From the NCBI GenBank assembly GCA_002633005.1, contig NMRA01000105.1:124001-188000 (forward strand): a stretch of 64,000 nucleotides of DNA, written 5' to 3'. Every line of letters begins with the position of its first letter. Within the stretch, counting starts at the first letter, position 1. A program made the position numbers and the translations under genes. Positions 41,901-53,900 of the stretch are shown here, piece after piece. The notes beneath the pieces are model-generated. The model ran no database searches, had not been told where the DNA came from, and worked only from the letters and a program-made list of their open reading frames with translations. This DNA comes from Phoronis australis (taxonomy: Eukaryota > Animalia > Phoronida).

Positions 41901-44900
41901 ATATCCGTGCTCGTTCTTCTAAGAACGCGTGAACACCAGACAATGGCTGGAGAATAGACCAACCGAAATGCCGTGACAGTGTTAATAGACAAGAGGTCGG
42001 TGTAAATAGACCAAGAGATTTTAATAATAGTTCTAATGAATAAAAGTCTGAAAAAAATCCTGGATTTGAGTTCCAGTCAAGGCAGAAATCTTTTCATTAG
42101 GTCATGTGATGTGGCCAACATGTGGCGTGCAGACCCGTCTTAAAAAAAGTTAGCGTTTTCATCTGCAATTAAAATCAACTGAATATTGAGTAAGCAATCC
42201 TAATCCATGTCCTGAACATTCCCTTTTAAGGATCCCACACGACCAAGACCAGTTTTATCCAATTCTTTCAGGCACAGCCTCTATTGTGAGTTAGTGATGC
42301 AGTTAAGATTATACGCCATGCTGCATATTACTTGACAAACTTTGAAAATTCAAGAACCACAGTCTAATTCTTATTCCTCTCATTTTATATTTTCAATTTA
42401 GTTTTCGTGTTCCAAAAAAAAAATGGAAAAATAGACCCTGGATGCATTCCAGCCTTCTTTTTAGATATGATCTGATAAAAAACAGTAATACCCTCACTAT
42501 ATGACCTAGTGAATAGAGTCATTCTATTGATGACTAGTCCCCTACTGGGAATGGAATGAGAATAGTACTGGTCAGGCATAACATTGAAAAAATTCAAGAT
42601 TTCTCCGAATGGATCCTTTACACCTCGTTTAAAGGATGTTTACAGCATGTCACTGTTAGTGAAAAAGTCATCATTGAAGTATGATATCTAGAAATACCTT
42701 TCATTCCTACGATACTGAACTAGATTAGTCTTGATTCAAATAATTACCATATTGGACTTGTCTATTGAATGAGCCTTCAACAAGGCGACATGAGGAGTTA
42801 TCTCCTCCGCATACACCACACTTGTCAAACTTGGTGTCAGATCCCAGTTGATGGTCACACCCGGCGTGCTGTAAAGAGTAATGATATAACTGCTGAATGA
42901 CACATAGACACCTGAAATGATGTGTCACATAACAGGTGGATGACACAAAGGCCAATATAATGACAGGTCCCATAACCAGTGGACTGCTCAATGACATGAA
43001 GACATGTGAAATGACGTGTCACATAATACCACGAAGACCAATAACATGACAGGTTTCAAAACCAGTGTACAAAATTTGGGCCGACAAAATGACACGCCAC
43101 ACCATCGAAGTCAAGCATAACACAATTCCAGTTAACACACAGATAAACAAAACAACACTTTTAAGAATTTAAGATCAACCAATGAATACAACAGTTAAGA
43201 CGCATCACAGCATCACTAGGACAGTGATACTGACAGTGGCTAACACAAGAAGACGTGAGTGAGTAACGACTGAACATCAAATCAAAAGCCATGTCATGAG
43301 CCTCGAATATTCCAGAAATGGCGATTTTCAGAGTGTTCTTGTCCCCTGAAATGTTTATCGCAGATAATGGAGAAGAGCTCTTACCCGGCAGACTCCATTA
43401 ACACAGATGTTAGTTGTGTCAGGAGTACATTTAGTACCATCCTTGACTTTAGCAGACAGTCGATAAAATGTAGAGCTGCCCGACACACGGCAGTACAACT
43501 TGCACCTATCTTGGCGAGCGACTGGAATAGAAATATTAACAAAAATCAAGTCTTCACATTATGATCGAGCAATAAAAGCCAAGAAAGGGAATAGTGCCGG
43601 TTGCAAGCAAAAGTGAATAAAATTACCATTAAAAACTATTTTGTCCAAGTAAGAGCTTCGAATCCTCATGCAGATAGCAAGAGTATACAATGTTGAATTT
43701 GTTATTACTATGGATGGGTGGGGGATAGATGAAAAGCCCAACGCGGGCCATTTGCAGTTTTTAGCAATATGAGCACTGCCCCAGAAATCGCTTTTGCATT
43801 ATATTCAGGTTCTCATTTACTCCCTTGCATACACTCATTAGTAAGACGGAGGTCAGAGGAGCAGGAGACACCTTTGTGCAACGCTCGAGTGTCTGCCAGC
43901 TAGGCCGGGATTTGAACTCGGGTCTCCGCAACGAGAGCCCGGAGCTGAAACCACTAAGCCACTCTGTCTCCTCATGGCTTTTTACAGCCATTGGAACATC
44001 CACCCGATTTGTCACAAACCTTGTCATCTTAGCTTAAAAAATCAGTCCATTACACAAGTAAACTGTAGGTGGCGCTAAACATTGTCCACTCTACTGCCAT
44101 GTTGTAGTACAACTTGTTTCAAAAGTCTGGCTGTGTATCTATACTAAAAACACCAATGAGTACCTACCACCAGCATATTTAGGAACCCATCGTACACCAG
44201 GTGTCAGGCCGTTAATATTGAAATGCTTGCCATCAAATTCGGAACACTGCTTCTCTCGGAAAGTCGGAGTGCCAGCTAGGCATTCATGTAGATTACAGGA
44301 CTTGTAGCGTACACGTCTGCCTATACAGAACTTACCGCCATGATTTGGTCTGAAAATATAAAAATATTATGCTTTAAAATTCAGACATAAGGTGTACTGT
44401 TCGCAACATCTTCTTTCAGCATCATAACCTATGATCAAGTTATGGTTCAAATCAACGTAATAAGTGTTGTCAAAAGTGGATATGTGTATAGCTTGACAAC
44501 CAATGATATGCAGCAAAGTAGATTCTCCTGATTCAACACTAGGTCCGTCAACAAAATAGAACTTTGTAAAGCAATGACTACCAGTAATGCTTTATACTCA
44601 AAACGTGCAATTGACTGAACAGTAACTAGTCCAACCATTTGTTCACCATCATCACGACAAATGCAGCGTCCTCTATCACCATAATGATGCGCCTTTAAAC
44701 CCATGGGCCTATATACGAATCAATGCCTTTTTCGCAACTTTTTCTTTACCAAAGTGGTTTCGCATTTCGGCGTATGTGCTTAAGTTTCGCATATAAGCCC
44801 AGGTTAAATGTTCCCTGCACACCTTAATTCGCATATAGGTGTACCTGTTTCAGCTACCAATGTGCCTCCTAATGGCAGTTTTTCACGTTTCCCTCTTTGT

Positions 44901-47900
44901 ATTCGGAGTTCCTTGGAGTAGTTTCCAGAAATTTGGTCACTAGTTTTGTACTAGCGTTTGCTGCATATCTAGGCCCATAGGTCTATATCCGAATTCGAGC
45001 CTTTTTGTACCCAAGTATTTCGTATATTGGTGCATGCGCCTAAGTTTTGCACATAAGTGCGGTTTCGCGCCCATGAGCCTAATGGCGCAGCAATCCCGAT
45101 GCAGGCAGAAATTTCCCCCACGCTGTCTGAGGTTTACAGAAACATTCCATTACAAGAGCCATTATTTCACAGAAAGGGTCAACATATCTCAGAAAATCTC
45201 CTCCTCATACTGCTGTGCCATTTTTCAGGAGTTTCCCTACCATGGAGACTGTATTGCTGTTTTCCAGATTTTCTATCATGAGTGAGCTTACCTTGCTAGT
45301 GCTGCCATCAATATGAATGCACCAAGGATTGCTCTTCATGAAACTGAGACAGGAACACAGAGCGTGACACCCCGTACAGTTTGTTAAGTTTTAAACTGGT
45401 CTCTCGCCATCATAAACATGAAAAAATCAACTTGGCCTATTTTAGGCCAAACACGCCATCTTACTTCCTAGACTTTGAATTCAATTTACAGATAACTACA
45501 GTTAGTTTTCAAAAAGATGACGATTTTAGTCGAAATTCACCTGGCTTGTCATAACTGGTCAAAACTGCCCCCAAAATAACAGTATCATTTTAAAAAATTT
45601 GTGGATTTTCAACAAGAAATATTAGCTTTTTGACACTACGGCAGAAACACTTACGGTGGATTGTTACACCTGCGTACTGAGGCACGTATCCCTCCGCCAC
45701 ACTCGCGTGAACAGGGACCCCAATCTTGCCAAGGGCTCCAGTCTCCTATGATAGGATTGGGGCGTGCTCTTTTGGCAACACACTTTCCTTTCATGCACCA
45801 CTGAAACAAAACACACAGAGATATAATAAGCTCAGACCGAGGACTTAATAAAAATAGAGGCTTAAAGGCATAGACCCAGATTTTCCGTTCCTAACAGCTC
45901 TGTGTCCAAAACAGTTTGGAAAATATAATACATACATTCACTATGTGAAACAAGAACTGCATCACACATTATGTAGTCAGGTCACATTTTGTCTTTCCAA
46001 TATACAACTATCTAAGTTGTTAATTTTACAATACAGAAGACCTTCAGTTCAAAGTGCGCAGCATACTTAAGGAAATTATATCAAAATCACAATGCAGTTA
46101 CCAATCTGAGTAAAAATCATGAATGAACTACAGGTCCACACTGTTTGCCTTCTTTTTCAAAGCAAAGGTTGGCGGCCAAAACGAGACAGTAAATTTTCAC
46201 TTATTTTACACAACTTAGTAGAAACCTGCAATTTCATTGTCAGTTCTTTCAACATAAAAAAGAACACAAAAATTAACCATAATTTACTTGTGTGAAGAGT
46301 TGAATAGTTGTCGTAAAATCGTCGGGTGATATTTTGTTTATTTGAAGCAGGCAAGTTTTAGCTGTGAAAAAGGGAAGATTGTGAAAAATATCCAATAAAT
46401 TACCCTATCCCTTCAGCTTCAGCACACATGCGCATAATGGAGTTGACCACTATGGCAGCTCATTAAACCAGAGATTAAGCTGGGAAGCAAAATCAAATAA
46501 ATACAACACAAAGCCACAAACTCCTAACGATAATTGTACCCAAAACGTGGAAAGAAAAGAACACTTCAAAAGAAAAAGTTAGTGACGAGGACAAGCAGAA
46601 GAATGGTACTTCAGTTAATCAACTCCTCAGACCCCGAGTACCACCACACGATAAGATGTGAGCAGCTTCACAGCTTTCATATTTCACCTTACTGGTATAT
46701 TTTTCATCTGGCTAGTTTAGGGTCTATAGTGCATTTCTAGTACGTTCAGCTAAAAAAATCAACAAACTGCATAATCATCAACTGAGATGTCAATGAATAA
46801 TGTTACACATATTGTGTAGCTTCCACCCAGCAAGAAAGCATTTGTGTGTTTAATTAGCCAGAAATAAAAAATACCAGGGCCAGGGTACACACGTGGATTG
46901 CACGTTTCTCATTGCAAACATGGAAATCACAATATCAGCTGTTGCAAGAATGTGATGTTGCACATCCCACTTAGCTACACTCTAAGGTACAACAATGTCT
47001 TACCTTTAGCCTGGTCTCAGGAAAAAAGAGGAAAGTAAAGTTATCATATTTGCGAAATTGTATGCTTCAGATCGCCTGATGACATCGAGACCAACTAATA
47101 TATGTGCGCAGCATTCCAAAGGCCATTTTGGAAAATGGTTAGATTTCCAAACTTTGATTATTTCCAGGTAATGAATTACCAACACAGGCTTACTTAAAAA
47201 TCATTATACCTTTTCATGTGCCATGTTAAGTACATAATTATGAACAACATCCTTTAAAGAAAATACTTGAATACATTACAACCATACCATTCATAAACAA
47301 ACTGGCACCAACATTTTGACCAGCACACATTAATACCCTTCCAAGTAGTTGTCGACATCTACGGGACTGGGTACATGCACATATATGCACGTGCATACTG
47401 TACATATACGCAGATGTTTAAGCATATGTACGCATATGCATGCATGTGTCTACATGCCAACATTTGGGTATACATGGTCTTTAAACTGCCTCCAGTAGTA
47501 TCCCTCTCACCAAAAGTGTACACCACTAACATAACATACATAGGCCTATGCACTGGCATATGTGCATAACAAGCATATGCACACATGTTTAAGCACGTCA
47601 TGTATGCATATTTACGTCCGAGTGGATACACATTATATATTACTTAACTGTCACCATTCGTATCCATATGGCTAAAGGCATACAGCACTAAAATAACACA
47701 CATTGGGCTATACATATGCACACGCAAACATACACACGCATACATACATTCCTGCTCATTACCTTATGACTGCCACACTTTGTCCCATCTGCCCAAGGCA
47801 TGTGCTGAGTACGACACCCATAAGCCAAGTTACTGCACCAAAGTCTGGCACACTTAGGCTGAAATAAAAACAAAACTCTTGGACCACTGTTTGCTAACAT

Positions 47901-50900
47901 AATAATAAACACAGCTAAAAATAAAACAAAAGACAGTCAAGAAATTTATTTCCTTACATACTCATCGTGAGTACCCTACAAACAGATTTTGTGATCAACA
48001 TGGCCAGGGAAGAGACACTGCATGCCGACCACCTGTGACTCAGCCCATTGATCAAACTAATTATGTGTCCGGATACTGGACTGTTTGCACACCCTGATTT
48101 TTTTCCATTCTGCATATCTGACCAAAATTACTGAAAAGCTAAAATTTAAAGCTAACTTCCACTTGCAAATAAGTCTTAAGAGCCTTGCACAACATACGAT
48201 AAATGAAAACAAATGAAGGACAACACTCCCTTTTTATTTCTTTTACTATAAAACGATAAATCAAAATGCATGAAGGACAACACTCAACTTTTATTTCTTT
48301 TACAATCTAGCTATGTTTAAAAGCACATAACATTTTCAATTTGCAGCCAACAAACCTCATTCTGAGTATTAGTTTCCACTTCTTCACTAACGAAACCTCA
48401 AAGATCAAAAACAAATATATCCTGTATAATATCATTATACTGGTGAGCAGTATCCTTCATGACATTATTCAAGACATGAAATATCATTGCTTAAGGTGAT
48501 CAAAAGTTATAGCAAGAGTTACACACAACATCTTGTCTTGAAAAACATGTCAGAGTTATACACAATGTATCAATATTTGTCTGAAGAGTTGCAAACAATT
48601 TTTAAACTTTATAACAGAAATTTATGTAGTTGTACAAATATAATTTAGACAAAACTTTTGACACAACTGCACACATATGCATAGTTTAGACAAAACTTTT
48701 GACACAACTTTACACAAACATGTAGTTTAGACAATACTTGTCACTGTAACAAAGCTTTTGACTCTGCTGTGCATAACGAACACACACAATGCAATTAATT
48801 TAATGGTACTCGGTGCTATTATTGATACAAACTTCAACTAAAAACAGATATGAACAGGCACCAGCCTACTATCCACTTACCATGTATTTGCAGATGCTGG
48901 ACTGTCTACCAAAGACCAACTGACATTGTTGATCAGCGGTGTAGAACTCTCCAGGGAAGAAGCTGGACGCCTTGCTCAGTTTCACGTCATACTTGTGTAC
49001 TGGTGGTTTGTCCCTAAGACAAGCTCCTCTCCCACTACTGAAAAACGTCAAGGGAAGAGTGGTTAATTTGAAAATATGATTTAATTTGCGAGTCAAGTTA
49101 AAATTGAGTCCCCGGTATGAGAAATGTATTCAGTACTTAGCTCACATCACAATTATTCAAAGTAAGCACCATAAATTTAGTAAATTTTTGACAATTTAAG
49201 AAAAAACAGTAAACAAATGAGCCAAGACTAAGCTAAGTATGACAGCTGCCCTGAAATCGACTTTTTTAACATTGCGCTGAACAATTCAAAATGAGATGTA
49301 CAACCAGATGACAACGGTTACTGCTGAACTAACCCTCAACATCAGTCATGGCCCAGAACTAATGAGAATGGGAGGTTTAAGCGATGGGATTTTATAGTGA
49401 TTTTTAATTTTTTGAGATGGTCTTCCACCAAAGAAAGTTCATTTCATGCCTGCAAGAATGTCACATAATAGAAAGTATGTTAGATCTTTGTCAATTCACC
49501 TATCGCCAGGATTTTGAGCGACAGCTTAACTGACCAATCAGAATGCAGCACTCTTGACACACCTTAGTTTCCAAGCTGTCATTTTACCCGACAAACAACA
49601 TGTTGCCAGGTATAGCCTATTGTTGGTTTGTCGACATTTCACAAGCGGGAGCGGGGCAGAGCTTGCGATAGGTTAATTCGGCCTCTCTTGGGAACATCTG
49701 ACATTGAATCAGGTAGAAGTCACCCTAATTCTCTCGCTGTACTAAAGCTCTGTATTGTATGCTTGCTACTGCACTCACATTCTCAGAACACACTAGCTCC
49801 CCCTTTTGCTGATACTCACTCCAGAAATTCTGTCATGTACAGACTACTACATTTAGACCACGTCCAGGGGTCAGAGTTGAAGTCTAACGTGGGCGACATA
49901 ACGTTGAGGTACTCTGCCTTCTTGGTGCCACCATGAGGACACTTTTTACTGTCGTCATGAGGTAGATTGAACCTAGAGAGAGAGAGAGAGAAATCAAAGC
50001 ATTAAATGGACAGTAAACCGTTTTGATAATTTCCACCAATCCATGTTCTGTCACTTGCTAATGCATCACTGGCATCAACCCTCCAAGTTAAAAGCAGGAA
50101 TCAACTAAAAACTCATCTTCCCTACGTCACAAACTGGATATTGTGGTCCTTGGTAGGTGATCTTTCCTCACAGTTGCCGTGTAATTCGTTAAAAGCGTAG
50201 GTCACACTTTCCCTTTTAGCAGACTCAGAAAGGGGTTTTCAGACTTTCCTCCAAACTTACAAGGGTTGTCGAGGATTACAGAGCGTTAGTTTGTTTCAGA
50301 GAACTAAACAGGAAGGTCGTTTTTAGTATCTATTAATAGGCCAAAATCTGGTTTGGTATACTTTTCAGAAGAATGTTTTGAACTTATGATTATATTATGA
50401 CACTGGCATTTGGCCTTGCCTTTAAATAAGTCTGACAATTCATTTTCAAAATTAAATGAGACAGCTTGCGTGATGCATTAATTGGATTCACAAATTAGAC
50501 TTCTGACATAAAAAAACTTGGAGTTTGTTATTGCTCGTGACTAAGCTGAGCAAGTTATCACAGTGTGTCATTTTATGCGCTATCAGTTGTTTCCAAGCCC
50601 ATAAACCATTTATCATCAGTGTATGGAATAGGTTAAAGATGCTATGCCTCATCAAAACTGTGACTTCCTGGAGAACTGTGTGTACAGGTATTATCAGGAA
50701 AAGGAACAATTTGTAAATAAGATGTGGTTTTAAAGAAAACACCACAACTGATACACTAAAAACAAGTGTGAACATATAGAAAACCCTAGTGACTTCAAAT
50801 ACTACGCACGAGTTATTTGATGGAGACATGAACAAATAATTATAATAGGGTAACGATGAAATATTACCATACTCATTTACATGAAAATAGTCTCGGAAAA

Positions 50901-53900
50901 CGAGACTTTCACAAGATTGTAATGGTAACTGGTTCTCAGATGTTTTCCAACACATCACATAACCCAGGATTGTTTGCAAACTGTTAAGTTCAGCAAAACG
51001 TGGCCTATATCAACAGTTCATTTTGAACGGAACGGTGGTTTCAAGCTGCTTTGGGAATGAGGCTTTAAAACAAATTTAATGCTAACACAATGTGACAAAC
51101 AAAAATTAAAGTAAGATTTTTATGAAGTGAAGACGTCTTGGCCCCAACTTCATCCATAGAAATACAAAAACAAGCAACAAAGTAAACACAGATGAGAAGC
51201 CTTGCCATACTCTTACATGTGTCCGAGCTCATGAGCGATGGTGAATGCTGCACTCAGTCCATTGTCCTCAATGATAGAGCAACTTTTTGTCGAGTCACAC
51301 AAACCTCCGAGTTCCGCTAGACCCAGGGTGTCACACTTAACAGCCGTTCGGCACAGATCATGTCTGCAACAGGCATAAAACAACTTGCAATCACATACAA
51401 CACAGTAGAAAGGTCACACATACTTTTTCAAGTGTGGTCTGCATGTCACCTGTTGGCCACACCACGTAACCTAATGAACATAGGTCAGAAAAGATTTATA
51501 TCCCAACCGGGACTCGAACCCTGGACCTTCTGCTAACTGTGCAGACCACTGAGCCATAAGGACCACCAGTCAAACACAAAAATCCAATCAGACTTAGCAG
51601 TGGGCATCCTGGCCATTAACTCGTGAGTGTATATATGTGGCAGGACAGCTCTTGCCCATTACCGCGAGTCACTGTTCATATTCTGATGTCCATTGTGACG
51701 TCTACTTCATGCTGTTTGCTGGCTAGTCATTGATATGCGAATGTCCATGCGGGTTATCTGGAGACCTCGTGGTTTGAGTCAGTCTTGAATAGGAATTGGT
51801 GTGGCTGTATCGTTGATATAAGGGCAATATATGATTTAACTGCAGTCTACTTATTTATTTCTGAAATGCAAACTCGTGACATAAGAATATGTAAATCTTG
51901 AATTGGCGCAGAAGTATAGAGAAGTGTTGTTTGGCCAACTTCCTTCAATTTCCTGTAAGACAGGTGTGGTTTTAACGAGGCAATATCGCCAAAACTTAGA
52001 CGTAACAGATTTCTTTTGACATATAAGGTAGATTTGAAGTTTCAAAACGGTATTTTTCAGCACCTAAGTCTTAGTTGTTTTTAATAAATTTCTCCAAATA
52101 ACACTTAACAATTGGCAGTTACACAATATATATAAATACTCAAGTGTGCCTGCTATCAAGGGAATGTTCAAACCTAAGAGATGAGAGGCCAATTTCCGAG
52201 AATTCAGAAGCTGAAAATCTGAGCAAGTTGCATAACTGTAGTTCAGAAATTTTTACGACTTACAATTATTAGCCAAGTATGAGAAGATGAAAGCTTCACT
52301 TCCAGTGAGAAGGGAAATGATTACAGCAACTAGGCATTTAGAATGCCTCCTAACAAACACAAATCCTTTGATTTTAACGGACCCCTCTACTATTACAATT
52401 AACAAGGAAACATGGCGGTAGATCACAAAACTTTGAAGGCTCCTGCACAAGAACTGAAACTTTCACATGAAAACTCTGAATTATCTTCACCTTGAGTTAA
52501 GGGTCAATTTTGCACCAAATTTTGAATTGACAAAACTTATGACAAAGATCGGTCATACCTAGCAGAACATAAGCACATTACTGTTTCCTGATGGACATTT
52601 TTTGTGGTAACCTTTGACGTTTCAAAAACATCTACGCCTACAATTAATATGAGTGCGGGTAACCAAACTGGCAACAAATTTTCTCAGTCGAACCTTTCTT
52701 GCATCAGACTAAACTGTGCTCGCTCGTGGCTTCTTTTTGTGTCATTTGAGGCAATTAAGACAAAAAGATGCCTACTAAGCTTGAAAACAGGTGAGAAATA
52801 AAATTAACGAAATGATCATCCTGCAATCCATTTCTTGATGGTGCTGCCGTACCTTCTATTGATAAAAGTACCATCAGATTCACCCCTCCTCTATCCAATA
52901 TGCAATCTGCATCTTTCTACTCTAACGTAGAGTCTTATAAATCTCCATGGAGCCCAAGAAACTGAAATCTACCCCAAAAATTTTAAAGGAGGGTCCACTG
53001 GACCTCACAGCTTGAGAGTGAAAGGTGAGCATAGTCTCCTTACTTGGTGAGTAATACTGCAGCGTCGTGATGATAAATATGATCGTCACCCTCTGCATTG
53101 TTCTCCGATTGCCATTCGCAGAAATCGTGAAGCGTCGCCGCGGCATTGCTAGATATTACTGGACCGTCTTCCTCTCTCTCGATCACATACAGCTTGGTTA
53201 TAACTATGTTGACATGGTTTCCTATACTTGAGTGTTTATATATATTATTTACCTGAAAAGAAGAATGGAGATCATATAGCAAACATTCTCATCTTTTCGT
53301 ACAGAAAGTTCATGAGTTATTATACACATAGGTGGATCCAACGACGTTGTTACAGGAGTCTGTGGCCAGTTGCATGAAACAGTCCCAAATAGGGACTCAA
53401 CTAAGGTCCCTAAGTCTTTTTGCGGATTTGTGTCTTTATGGACTCACAGATGCAATATTTTTCTATCACTTCATCTTTAGTATGAGCTCCTCTTTGTTTA
53501 ATGACTTTTTCTAATAATATAAATAAAAACTGAACCCAGAATTCATTGAAAATAAATAGGGACTCAGTCCTTAAATTGGGGGTGTTGCATGAAAAGATAG
53601 GCTAATTATTTTCGATTATATTAACAATTTAACGTAGAGTTCACTTTTGATTTGTATCAAAGTCAAAAGATAACTTAATGATGAAACTAAAACAATACAA
53701 GAAAGGGCAATCAATGTTTTCACAAGTCCACAAATACGCAGTAGATTTAGGGAACTTAGTTGAGTCCCTAATTGGGAACGTTTCATGCAACCGGCACTGG
53801 ACACCTTTTTTCCCTTGATTTTACCGATATCAAATCTAGATTTTTCAAGTTGTTGACTTAGACCCCCTTTTTATAAAACCTTGATCCAAGCCCTACCTTT

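Noticed and set aside
47359-47640. ORFs rich in Y/M/C/A/H
   Set aside because: Low-complexity alternating purine-pyrimidine sequence, not coding.
49047-49056. U12-like branch sequence TTCCCTTGAC before the exon starting at 49037
   Set aside because: Imperfect match, and the donor of this intron is a canonical U2 GTGAGT.
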